Source: Octopus vulgaris
Lineage: Eukaryota
DNA length: 64,000 nt
Reading direction: 5' to 3'
Assembly (NCBI GenBank): GCA_951406725.2
Contig: OX597819.1
Coordinates: 121,892,001 to 121,956,000 of the forward strand
Shown here: piece after piece, positions 1 to 12,810 of the stretch
Layout of the letters: each line of letters opens with the position of its first letter
How positions within the stretch are numbered: the stretch's first letter is position 1
Program-made: the position numbers and the translations under genes
The notes under the pieces: generated by a model
Seen by the model: the letters and a program-made list of their open reading frames with translations, nothing else
Databases searched by the model: none
Told to the model about the DNA's origin: nothing

Positions 1-244
1 AGACACTTGCTCGAGATGCTACGCAGTGGGACTGAACCCAGAACCATGTGTGTGGGAAGCAAGCTTCTTATCACACAGACACTCCTACGCCTATGATTCA
101 CTTTTCCTACACACCAAAGACGTACATTATCTAAACAAACGACAAGTAGATATACAGCTTCGACAAACCGCAAGTAAAGAAATACGCTTTTGTCATTCTT
201 GTGAGTCACGGCAGCAACTAAGTTTGTCTCGAGCAAATATATAC

Positions 245-648
245 TCTTTTACTCTTTTACTTGTTTCAGTCATTTCGACTGCGGCCATGCTGGAGCATCG
301 CCTTTAGTCGAGCAACTCGACCCCGCGACTTATTCTTTGTAAGCCCAGTACTTATTCTATCGGTCTCTTTTGCCGAACCGCTGGGTGACGGGGACGTAAA
401 CACACCAGCATCGGTTGTCAAGCAATGCTAGGGAGACAAACACAGACACACAAACACATACATACACATACATATATATACATATATACGACAGGCTTCT
501 TTCAGTTTCCGTCTACCGAATCCACTCACAAGGCATTGGTCGGCTCGGGGCTATAGCAGAAGACACTTGCCCAAGATGCCACGCGGTGGGACTGAACCCG
601 GAACCATGTGGTTGGTTAGCAAGCTACTTACCACACAGCCACTCCTGC
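245..648 (-). mobile_element. tRNA-derived SINE family 1; other copies ~11928-12325, 28270-28677, 29607-29770, 32995-33488, 35903-36348, 43652-44270, 46550-46950, 48800-49100, 49474-50020, 58033-58445, 58660-58900
   Basis: tRNA-like head GGAGTGGCTGTGTGGTAAG..GGTTCAGTCCC, internal (TA)/(CA) microsatellite, (GAGTAAAA)n tail; many near-identical copies. Confidence 0.88.
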
Positions 649-1158
649 ATATCAAAATAGAAAAGTATTTAAAAAATGTTTGGTGTTTATTAATTCTCCA
701 TTACAAGCGTGTCATTACAAGATAGCTGTTACAAATTTATAGATGTAGGAAAAAATATGTACTGAATCTGCTAAACGTAACTCTTCAGAGATTTAACTCT
801 GAAAACTACGGCTAATAGTAATAATTGGATTGGGTAAAAAGTAAAACCCCACTTCTGTCATGAATGACCATGGGATTGTATCTAGGAAGTTCCTCTCCGG
901 CCACAATCCCGGGAAAGGTTGTTTATGGAAGACCAGCAGTCGCCGATGCATACCATCCTCTTCTCATTACGGCTCAGATGTTATCCAAGGGAAAGGCAAA
1001 GGCCGATACAGCTTGGCACCAGTGACGTCGCAACTCATTTCTACAGCTGAGTTAACTGGAGCAGCTGGAATAAAGTGTCTTGCCCAAGAATACAACACAG
1101 GAATCGAACTCACAACCTTTCAATTGTAATCCCAGCACTCTAATCGCTGAGCCAACTC

Positions 1159-1245
<87 letters not shown>

Positions 1246-1409
1246 ATGTTTGTCTGTGTTTGTTCCCCACCAAATATTGATATCCGATGTTGGTGTGTTT
1301 ACCCCCCGTAACTTAGCGGTTCGGCAGAATAAACCAATAGAATAAGAATATATATATATATATATATAAATATATATGTAGAAGGCTGAAAAGGAACACA
1401 TGAGTTGAT

Positions 1410-4400
1410 ATGTATAAGGAAGATAAGTCAAGGTAGAAAATTTTAAAATAATTTTATCAGGAAGAATATTTTACTACCGGTTTCAGTAAGGGACGAAAAA
1501 CAATTAAATTGTGGAAAAATTAAATGAAATGTTTTTTTTTATAAATATATTTCCATAGGGTCATTTTCCTTTTCTCAGCCTGTCTCTGTCTCCCTTTTTT
1601 ACTCTTGTTGGTTCTAAGGTAGTTTGATATGAATTCTTGTCTTTGATTGTTTAAGCTGCAGTAGTCGTAGAGAAAGGATGCGACGGAGAAGAAGAAGAAG
1701 AAGAAGAAGAAGAAGAAGAAGAAGAAGAAGAAGAAGAAGAAGAAGAAGAAGAAGAAGAAGAAGAAGAAGAAGAAGAAGAAGAAGAAGAAGAAGAAGAAGA
1801 AGCGGGAATGGTATGATAGTTGCAGGATGTTGATGGAATCCACTTAAATAGTCAAGTGACCTAAAAGTGACTCGTTGTGGATGAAAGTAGTGATTGAAAT
1901 TGGTCTGAATAAATTCTTGAGGTGACTGTTTTGAATATATCGTTTTTAATATTTGCGTGAGTGTTATTGTAAGGTCCTGGTCACATTGTCATATGTTGTG
2001 GATGCATTCAAAAGGGATTAGTATTTTGTGATAAAGAATGACACTTTACTAATATCTGACTGCAGGTTGTATGGTCTCTGAATTGATAGAGGGGAAAGAA
2101 TTTGAAGCTTGGTCGTTTGTTATTGGCGCAAATGTCGCTGATGCTATTTTTCTGTTTTTCGGAATTTTGATCTGGGATCTGTGAAGAGCCATGCTTTGGC
2201 GTAGACTGTTTTTTGTTTGGCCTATGTATTGCTCTCGACACCCAGAGAAGGTTAATACGTTGCTCTTCCCTGTGAAACCTTGACCCTGTTTGAAAGAGAA
2301 CTCTGGTCCTACAAGTAAATCAACGCAAATACCACAGTTAGGTCTTCCGCATTTTTTCACTGACGGCTGTCTCTTGCTTTTTATGATGGTGTGCGTTTGG
2401 AGATTTAAATTCATTGTGTGGTCCCTTTTTAGTAGGGGAGTGTTTTGGAGGATTGTGTCGAAGGCTTCATTGTTAAGAGGGTTGTGTGTGGAGATGTATG
2501 GTAGGGCTTTTGGTCGTAAATTCTTCTTTAATTTGGGATGTCTGAGTTCTGGGGTTTTGAGGTGTAGAGCATGTTAAAAGCCTATATCAATTAGTGATAA
2601 TGAGTAGTTCCTGGTAATGAGTGTATCCTTTAGTTCATGTAGTCGTGTGTCCTTGGTGATTGTATTAGAAACTATAGTAAAAATCATTTTTGCTAAGTTA
2701 AAAGGGATAGTCATTCTAGTGTGTCTGGGGTGGCATGAGTTGAACGATAGATATTGCTTGGAGTCCGTGGGCTTATGGTATATATCTGTTTCTATTTCGT
2801 TGTTAGATTTCTTAATGAGGATGAATGAAGATGAATTTTAGTCCTTCCATCACGAATTCTTTTTTGATGCGATGTGGGAGTTGGTTGGCGTAATTCTCTA
2901 GCCAGAATACTAGTAGGGTGGTTTTGCTTATTGTTTTAGGGAGGTTATTGAGCATATCCAGGTCGTCCCTTATGTAGATTTTGATATAGCTAAGGAATGG
3001 TTTTAAGAGGTTATCTAACAAGTTATTGAGGCGGTGAGTTTCGCATACGGGACCTGCCATTATAGGTCTCAATTTGAGGTCATTGGTTATTATGTCTGTG
3101 GCTATCTTGCATGCGTTACTTATTTTCTCACTTTTGTGTATCTTGGGAATACCGTAGAATTGACTGGTTTTACTTTTGAAATTGGTCATAGAGTCATATT
3201 CTTTGTCAGTGAGCCCTGCTCTGTATAGGTTTAACATGGATTTTAAGTTTCTTATTATTTTCTGCTGACTGTAGTGTTGGGTCTTTTCATATATGTTATG
3301 TCTTCCAATATGGATAGTACTAGAGTTATATAGTATACCGTGTCCATTAAGACGACTGAACTCCCTCTATCAGCCTATTTGATTGTTATTGCTTTATCAT
3401 CTTTTAATTTGTTCAGCTCAGTCCATTGTTTTTTGCTGAAGTTTGGTTTGTGTTTTTGTTTGTGTATATGTTGATATGGTTAATTCGTGATGTATTCACA
3501 GAAATGGTCAAGAGTTTTGTTATTACCTTTTGAGTGGGTGTAGTTAATTCTTTTTCGGACTAACGATTCGTCCTCGTTGTATTTGTCGTTTAGTTCCTCA
3601 GCGACTAGAGAATTTTCTACAGAATTCCGCGACGTCTTCTTTCATTTCGTTGTAGTTGGGACGTTGGAGGTGGGTAGTAAACTCGAGCCCTTTGGAAAGT
3701 ATGTACATTTGGTTTGCTGTTAGTTCTTTGTGAGTTAGATTGATAATTTTTATCATTTTTGGTTCCTCCTGTCTGTCTGTGACAATCTCATGTCTGTGTT
3801 TGCGTATTGGGTCTAAAAAAGGATCGAGGGGATTGGGACGGTAGCTGTTATGTAGTTGTTTCTTGTTGTTGCGTGATGCTGTCTTGTGATTTATGGTGCG
3901 GATTCTTGGAAGGTATTGAAAGGTGTGTCCCGATATCCCATGTTCATATGTGGTGTTTTAGGGGGCCGTCGTTGGTAATTATTGCGTGTGGTACGGGTTT
4001 GTTGTGCGTGGTTTAGTAGATTGTTGGAACGAAAATTTCGTATTAGTCTAGTGTTCTCTTGAAACACAATTACTACTGAGTTTGAGTTGCCCTTCTTAGC
4101 TATTGCCTTTCTACAATGAGAGTTGATGCTTAGAGTTAAAATTCTCCAAGCTTGGTTCCCTTCCAAAGTTGCCGCTCCCACATCGTACGTACAATTATAC
4201 CGCCGGTGTGGCTGCGGACATGCTATTGTCTTCTCCCAGATAAATGCATAAGGGAAAGCTAAAAAACGCCAAACTCCCACTAGTTAAAATTGATACTAAC
4301 CAATAATTTCTGTTTCTGCGAGATTGCACAGTAAGCGTTGAGCCTGCTTTGAAATCATAGATTCTTTTACTTATAATTGTTTTGCTTCTAAAGTGTTTGT

Positions 4401-4560
4401 AGCAACTCTCCTCAGCAGCTAGATCTGAAAGGGTATCGGTTTCGTCATCGCTGATCCAACCGGGCAGGTTATATAGGCCTAAGATTATAATCGTGCAATA
4501 TACTTATTTTTATTACTTTTTATAATAATTTATATCATATTGCTCGATTATATTCTTATA
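1410..4560 (-). mobile_element. Penelope-like retroelement (RT + GIY-YIG endonuclease), degenerate
   Basis: ORF 2812-3237 FYGIPKIHK..LKLRPI (PLE RT N-part); reverse strand of ~2690-2790 reads TDIYHKPTDSKQYLSFNSCHP (PLE thumb); ORF 2049-2414 KKCGRPNCGIC..CREQYIGQT..LR..H (GIY-YIG region); frameshifts and stops; 5' boundary approximate. Confidence 0.85.
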
Positions 4561-4776
4561 TTACATGCATCCGCATAACTTACATCATTCGATTTGTTCT
4601 AATTGTAAGGTTTCCGCTTTGTTCGCAGTTCGCTTTAGTGGTATCTTCCATACGATCCGTGTGGTTGTTCGGCTTTGTTCGCGCCGTTTTATATTCAGTC
4701 CATTATTCAAATTGCTTATTTCAGTAGAATAGTCCACGCTTAAAGTTTTCCATGTACATGAAACTATTAGTAGGTT

Positions 4777-4831
<55 letters not shown>

Positions 4832-5080
4832 ACATACATACACACATGTCTATTGGCATAAAGGATCGTGGGTAACTCAAAAGAATACAAATATGCAAAT
4901 TAATGTAGACTTATCTTGTATTCAATATTTCGGGTTATGACTCCATTTTCAAGAAATAGACGATTTCTTGTGATTTACCTTGCATTTACTCTGCATTGCT
5001 TTGTCCTTACTCACGATCCTATATACAATATATTCTACACAGTACTTCATAGTAACTATTCCATTATATATATATATATA

Positions 5081-5196
5081 CTGTTGTGTCTGGGGAGAGT
5101 CATTTTCTTTTTGTGCCTTATAATGTAACACACTCACCGGTGAGTGTGTTACATTATAAGGCACAAAAAGAAAATGACTCTCCCCAGACACAACAG
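5081..5196. repeat. Perfect 116-bp spacerless palindrome
   Basis: 58-bp arms, centre CACC|GGTG at 5138/5139. Confidence 0.95.
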
Positions 5197-5262
5197 AATA
5201 TGCTTCAAACACACGAACTCATAAAAAGGATCTTAGAATCTTGCAAACCAAATCCAAAACCG

Positions 5263-5328
<66 letters not shown>

Positions 5329-5399
5329 GGTTTATATAAATAGTGGTTGTCTACTCCTTATGCAGAGTTTCACCTCCTCCTGTACCTACACCTTAGAAT

Positions 5400-5835
5400 C
5401 ATCATCGCATCTGATGTGGTTTTTTTAAACCAGACAATGTTTTGAAATGCACCCACATCGTTTGCATATCCGACTTGGACTACCAAGAGCTGCAGATAAG
5501 TTCTGATCTTTGTGGATCATAAAATGTCTTCTGAGGCCTCCGTTAGATTTGCAAACCTTCTGGCATACACTGCACAGATTTATAGGCACAGATATATAGG
5601 CAGAATAGTTGGTGGATATTCGTTGTCTGAGGGTTTCCATGTGAGATTTGAGCTAAGCAATAGGAAGGCATAGTCTGACACAACCTGTTCATACAAAATG
5701 GTCGCTGTGATTCACCTTCTCGATTGTAATATTCTTCCTTAAATCTCTCTTGAGTCTTGCATGCGTTATCCTGACCACTTCAAATGCTTTCACTCCACTC
5801 CAAACTTTTGTTCGCCATCCAGCTCGGTATTTTTG
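5400..5835 (-). mobile_element. RTE-type LINE 3' fragment with C2H2 fingers
   Basis: CSVCQKVCKSNGGLRRHFMIH; resembles the tail of the 59.6-61.3 kb LINE. Confidence 0.6.
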
Positions 5836-5860
5836 TGACCGCTTTTTTATATATATTCTA

Positions 5861-5919
<59 letters not shown>

Positions 5920-5929
5920 ACCTTGAACC

Positions 5930-6145
5930 CACAAGAGTAAACAAGAGAGACAGAGAAAGGCAGAAACAAGGAAAATGCCACTTATATTTGAACACTATAC
6001 AAATATTCTTTAAAAAAAAACTTTTCTTTTAATTTTTCTAAATTTAATTTTTTAATTGTTACAGTTGAAAAGGTCTCAAATGACCGAAACCGGTACTAAA
6101 ATGTTCTTTATAAAATTATTTTAACATTTTCTATCTTGACTTGTT
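5930..6145 (+). mobile_element. Solo inverted copy of the Penelope 3' terminal repeat
   Basis: Aligns by eye to the reverse complement of ~1420-1600. Confidence 0.65.
6062..6098 (+). ncRNA. Hammerhead-like motif, U3-A8 core, stem I eroded
   Basis: AG-TTGAAAA-GGTC tcaaat GACC-GAAA-CCGG-TA-CT; lies in a solo copy of the Penelope terminal repeat. Confidence 0.5.
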
Positions 6146-6168
6146 TTTTCATATATATATGTATATAT

Positions 6169-6317
<149 letters not shown>

Positions 6318-6373
6318 TCTTTCTATCTATCTATCTATCCATCTTTCTTTCTTTCTATCTAATTATCTATCTG

Positions 6374-6439
<66 letters not shown>

Positions 6440-6449
6440 AGTCTGGCTG

Positions 6450-6512
<63 letters not shown>

Positions 6513-6911
6513 GTCGATCTATCTATATACGTATGTAAGTTAGACGAGCTGCTTTCAGTTTCTGTGTACCAAATTCACTCACTTGGCTCTGTTCGACCCG
6601 GGGCTGCAGAAGAAGGCAGTTGCCTAAAATGACGCATAGTGAAGCTGAACCGGGAATCAAGTTTCTAACCCACAAGGCCACTCTTGTAACACGCGTCTTT
6701 TAGACCACTAATAATATCAATAGTGATGCGATTTACAAGGAACATTAGTAGTTGTTAATCTATAATCTATCTGAGATCATATATTTCATGCGCTTACTGA
6801 GATTGGATGTATGTGTCATGGGTCTGTATGTGAACGATACAGTTTAGTTTTGTTGTAGTTTTGGTATTTCAAAGTGTAGTTGAAAAATAGCTTGACGGTT
6901 TCTAATAAATG

Positions 6912-7465
6912 TTGGGTTGTCCGGAAAGTTCGTGCCGATATAGCAGCTTAGCTTTCGACTTATTTTAGAACATGGTTGAGTCCATAAAATAGGATTTGAC
7001 TACACCTCCATTTAGAGCACAGTATAAGTTATCTTTTCCTGGAAGAAGATTTATGTTCCTATAATCTGTGTTAATTCTATAACCCTTTAAAATGGAAGAT
7101 GAGTAAGTTCATTTTCGGCACTTCATGCTTTGAGAATCTGACAAAAATTGCTGCAGCTCGGCTGGGATGTGCTACCCCACCCTCCATATTCCCCAGATAT
7201 TGCTCCTTCGGATTTCGACTTATTCAGGCCTCTGCAGAATAGGTAAATATTTTAATTCCTTGGATGACGTAAAAATGCCTTGATGAATTCTTTGCCATGA
7301 AACCACCTCAATTCTGGGAAGACGGTATTTTCAAGTTAAAGGAAAGATAGAGACGCATTGTGCAACAAGATGGTTCATATTTGGTTGATTAAAAATGTAA
7401 TGTCAAGTATTTATTGACCTTTTTCTTTCCTTTAAAAATCGGCACGAACTTTCCGGACAACCTAA
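6912..7465 (+). mobile_element. Internally deleted mariner element with both TIRs
   Basis: TIR TTGGGTTGTCCGGAAAGTTCGTGCCGAT and its inverse; remnants VHFRHFML and LGWDVLPHPPYSPDIAPSDF; same family as 61376-62657. Confidence 0.88.
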
Positions 7466-8258
7466 TACATTAGTAATGTAGGGAAGTGGATCGCTTATAC
7501 ACCATGGAAACCGGTAAACGGTTTAATGAGTCTCAGGACAGTAACGCCCAGGGGTTGAGGATGACATTGATGAGTGTGACGACGATGAGTGAAGTTGAAG
7601 ATAATGCTAAGAAGGTGCAATGTGACTTCGACATCTCGATAATTGAGCCTTAAAAAGGTCCTTTTTAAACTGCCAATAGCAACACTACATACAAACACGT
7701 AGAGGGTCGTGGAGAATCTAGGCACTATATATATATATGGATCAAAGAGATGCAAGTTATGTGAAGCTGAAAAATAACACATTCTATTTAGCTCCAATAA
7801 TTCCACTACACTACTTAAGTTTAGATCTGAAATTTTTAGAAAATGTAAGCAATTGGTCAGGTTTGGGGACACTATTTCTTCCTGTTTGAGTAGCTACCTC
7901 ACAGACTTTGGCATCGCCTCTGTTATATTATTCTACAACAATTACAAATTAATGATTTCTGCAGACAAAGAGGACGAAGGTCTTGAGTTTTTTATACTTT
8001 TCTTTCTTCTTGTTCAGTTTTATGCATTAATCTTCGTGTATTTTTCTTCTTGTTTATGTTTTGATAAACAAGCGTCTCATTTCAAATACATCTAACGATA
8101 TGCATCGAACCTAGAAAAGTATTTAGACATACACTGCATATTATATTATATAAATCTGCCAAATGAATGTATCTCAGAGGCATGAAACTATTAGTAGGTC
8201 TTCTGTAAATTGTGTATATCAAATCAAATTCATCTATCTCTGAATGGAGTGTTTTGGA

Positions 8259-8365
<107 letters not shown>

Positions 8366-8728
8366 TATATGTATATGTATATGTATATATATATATAATA
8401 TAAATGATATATAAATATATACATATTTACATACATGTATATAACTGTATGTCTCGTTTCTCTGTTTTTTTTCCGTTGTTTGAAGAAAGTTTGTTTCTGT
8501 TTTTGTTTTTATGTTTTCGTTTCTCATTGTGTTCAACGTTTTTATTTTATGATGTCCTGTACCCATATATGCATGTATATATACACATATATGTAGGTAT
8601 GTACATGTATGTATGTATATATGCATACATTTATATATTATTTATATTATTATATGATCCAACGCCACGCACTCTTTTCAAAGTAAGTTTTATCTTATAC
8701 ATATATACATACATACATACATATATAC

Positions 8729-8848
<120 letters not shown>

Positions 8849-8878
8849 GAAGGTGAAATTAATTAATTTGGAATAATT

Positions 8879-8925
<47 letters not shown>

Positions 8926-9101
8926 CGGATAACCATATTTATCTCATGATATCATATGGGAAGGGCTGGTGACACAATCTTTTCATTCAAACATTGAGTT
9001 TGGTGATACTAGTTGCGGATTCTAGCTCGCTCTGATACTGAGTTGAGTTGATGCCTCTAGTATCTCAAAATTCAATATATAATCATTTATGATTATAGTA
9101 T

Positions 9102-9200
9102 TCTACGCTGAAGAGAAAAGAGTTTTCGGTAAGATAGAATTATTTAACATTTAATTCTTATGCTTTCTAAAGACTTGATTTCGAAACGTACGTCCGTAGA
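9102..9200 (+). ncRNA. Type I hammerhead ribozyme motif, canonical core
   Basis: Stem I TCTACG/CGTAGA; CTGAAGA 9108-9114; stem II GAAA/TTTC closing a long hairpin; GAAA 9183-9186; palindromic stem III CGTACG; GUC site, cleavage after 9194. Confidence 0.8.
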
Positions 9201-9356
9201 TAACTAAAATTGTATGATAGATGCCGTTAATTCATCCTCTCTTACCTGTTTGTGTCTGCTTCCGATTGCTGTTTTATGAGATCTCCTTTATAGAAGAAAT
9301 ATATAACTCTTTGATCTATTCTAAATTCGGTATATAGTTGCTAAACCCTTTATTCT

Positions 9357-9411
<55 letters not shown>

Positions 9412-9529
9412 TGTATGTATTTATTATGTATATGTATATACCAATGTTTTATTTTCTGTGTATGTTGCTGAAAAATAGATTAATTTTATTAATGAATACA
9501 TAAATGAGACACTGCAGGTTAAAGGAACT

Positions 9530-9636
9530 TTTATTTTATTTTTAGAAAAACGCAACTATTCACTACTGCTACGAAAGATGAATTCATAGAACAAAACCAG
9601 GCGGTTGGTCATTCGTACTGAGGATGGAAATCATTT
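9530..9636 (-). other. Gene A terminal exon: last 2 nt of TAA stop + ~100-nt 3'UTR with AATAAA (9540-9535, 9535-9530)
   Basis: GTTTTATATTTCAG|AAATG acceptor; T from exon 2 + AA = TAA; same arrangement and AATAAA distance in genes B and C. Confidence 0.75.
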
Positions 9637-9821
9637 CTGAAATATAAAACATAAAGGGGATCAGCCATCTGAATGTGGCTAGGGACAGGGCGGGGTGGTG
9701 GGGGTGTTACTGATGCATTTAGCCCCAGGCGAACATCAACATCACCAGAAGGGCTGACACCATCTCGGTGTCCTTGCCAGCCTGCAAAGGGAGATCAGCC
9801 TCCCCGAAGATACGGATACTA

Positions 9822-9864
9822 CATACGGACCGGTTTCGAGGTTATTGCCTCTTGTCAACGTATG
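9822..9864 (-). ncRNA. Minimal type I hammerhead ribozyme motif, U3-A8 core variant
   Basis: CATACG-TTGACAA-GAGG caataa CCTC-GAAA-CCGG-TC-CGTATG; perfect 6-bp stem I, 4-bp stem II, GUC site. Confidence 0.75.
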
Positions 9865-11627
9865 GTAAGCACCGTTCTTCGTTGAGGGACTCCCTCTACA
9901 GGCTGGATATATAGATTTTCACAGTAACCACAGTCACTGGCGTAGAAAATCCGTTCGAAAACAATAATAAATCTCTGAGCGAGATATAAACAGTAACTGC
10001 TCTATAACATAAGGGGGATCAGCCTTTCATAAAACATTTAAATTCATTTTAAAATTTTACAGTTAAGTTTGTCTTTTAAAAATAAAATTATACAGGTAAA
10101 GTTTTAAATAAGAATTTTATTCCCCATTTGTGTTTTTGTTATTTTTCTTTAGCCCTAGGATCCGATTTCTATAATGAATGCCTGACTGAGATCACAGCAT
10201 TGTCTCTGAATGAGACGCGATTCCGTTGCAGGATCCAAATCAGCAATTTTGAATTGAGGAGACAATTCGATTACATTCAGCAAGTGTCTTCTACTATAAC
10301 CTCGGGCCGACCAAAGCTTTGCGAGTGGATTTGGTAGTCGGAAACTGAAAGAAGCCCGTCCTATATATGTATATACGTATATGTATGCGTGCATATGTTT
10401 TGTGTCTGTGTTTGTTCTCCCAGCATAGCTTGACAACCGATGCTGGTATGTTTAAGTCCCTGTAACTTAGCAGTTCGGCAAAATAGACCGATAGAATAAG
10501 TACTAGGCTTACAAAGAATAAGTCCTGGGGGCGATTTGCTCGACTAAAGGCGGTGCTCCAGCATGGCCACAGTCAAATGACTGAAACAAGTAAAAGAGAG
10601 AGTAAAAGAGTTTGAATACACTTCATTATATCGATAAAGATAATAAGTTTTGCAAGTGAAAACTCAGAATTCTATTTCCCTCTCTTCATAAACATAGAGG
10701 CGTCTCATATGTAGCCCTGTTTATCAAACACTCATTTTTTTAATAACTGATCCGAGATCACCCTTTACGCTCAATTTTGAACGCATGTTATTCTTATGTC
10801 GAATTGAGCTCTGATAACGCTGATCGGTGACAACTTCACAATGCTCAGCTACCCAGAATGCATTGGTTATCACGTGTTTACATGATGTCGTAATGATGCT
10901 GCGTATTTTTATACGGTTTTAACAACTCCTGCTCACCAACATGGTACCACTGAACATAAACAACATCATGAAGGTACCTAATCCCAGCAAACCATGGAAA
11001 CGAATGCATTAATTACAGTAAAAGGTAGACATCATCAACAAAATATGTAAATGGTGGAAGCTTTGCAGATGTAGACCGCGCCGAGGTTGTTCTTTTTTAT
11101 TACTGATTTTTTTTATAACTCCTTCATTTATCTCTGTGTCTTTTGTTTGTTCCTTCTCAAGCCATGCATGGCTCATAAGGGCCGGTTTCTTGGCGTATAG
11201 GCTCTCCCACCTGAACGGGACGCCGGTCCGTCGCAGGTGAGCTGCAAGATGCAGGAAGAAAGAGTGACAGAAAGTTGTGGCAAAAGAGTCAGCAGAAGTT
11301 TGCCATTACCTTCTGCCGGAGCCGCGTGGAGTTTAGGTGTTTTTGCTTATAAACACACACATCGCCCGGTCTGAGATTCGAACCCGCGATCCCTCTACCG
11401 CGAGTCCGCTGCTCTAACCACTAGGCCATGTGCCTCCACACACTGTTTCTTTTGGAAATCGAACACTTTTGATGAACCGAGAGCTGATGCATCACTTTTT
11501 CATTTTCGCTTACTATTGCCACCAGGAATTGGAACTTTCACTACTACGATATTTTAGAAATAACAGCTAGACAAGGATATGATAGAATGGAATAAAAGAA
11601 AAAACAGAACAAAAAGACGGCACTTAC

Positions 11628-11807
11628 ATTGGATTCTACAATTTGCCTTAGCCATTGCGGTACATCTTTGCTCATTGGCGTTAAAGTGAAGACGAGCTGG
11701 GCACGCCATCGAAGGGTATGAGGTTCGATTGAAGCAAGGAACAAACCTATTGCAGTTTTTAGGGTCTGGTACCATTCCAAATGGACGTGTGTTACAAAGA
11801 GGGTCAT
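11628..11807 (-). CDS. Gene A exon 2: CBM14 domain 2 (DPLCNTRPFGMVPDPKNCNRFVPCFNRTSYPSMACPARLHFNANEQRCTAMAKANCRIQ)
   Basis: TTTCATTTTAG acceptor ending 11808, GTAAGT donor at 11627, 180 nt, in frame with exon 1; six Cys with DP..C..F..C and C....F.......C pattern. Confidence 0.92.
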
Positions 11808-12089
11808 CTAAAATGAAAGAATTGCATAAGATGTTCAATAAAAGTTCTAGGATCAATTATCTTCTATATTACCTTATATATTTTAGGATCAAATATACAT
11901 CGACATGTACACCACAATATATATATATGCGCAGGAGTGACCGTGTGGTAAGTAGCTTGCTTACCAACCACATGGCTCCAGGTTCAGTCCCACTGCCTGG
12001 CACCTTGGGCAAGTGACTTCTACTATAGCCCCGGGCCGGCCAAAGACTTATGAGTGGATTTCTTAGACGGAAACTGAAAGAAGCCTGTC

Positions 12090-12123
<34 letters not shown>

Positions 12124-12756
12124 GTGTGTGTGTATCTGTGTTTGTCCTCTCACCACCGCTTGACAACCGATGCTGGTGTGTTTACGTCCCCGTAACTCGG
12201 CGGTTCGGCAAAAGAGACCGATAGAATAAGTACTAGACTTACAAAGAATAAATCTTGGGGTCGAATTGTTCGACTAAAGGCGATGCTACTGCATGACAGC
12301 AGTCAAATGACTGAAACAAATAAAATTATGTATATATATATATATATAAATTAGAAAAAAACCCACCTTTCATCAATTCAAAATGAACAATTAAATTACA
12401 CATCTAGAAAATTACATATAATAAAAATATTAAAATTAAAAGAACAATAAAATATCAAAGATTAAGTAAATTGGTAGAATAGAATTGTTATTTTACCAAT
12501 TATATACGTTTTTATATATATTTTTTACTTAATCATTGATATTTTATTGTTATTTTCATTTTAATATTTCTATTATATGTAATTTTCTAGATGGTGTAAT
12601 TTAATTGTTCATTTTGAATTGATAAAAGGTGTTTTTTTCTAATTTTATATATATATATATTATATTTTGTGAAATTTGATTTAGTATTTCTAAATTGAAT
12701 TGTTTTCCCTGTAAGTTTGGATTTATATTCCCTCAAATAATTATTTATATATGTGC

Positions 12757-12810
<54 letters not shown>

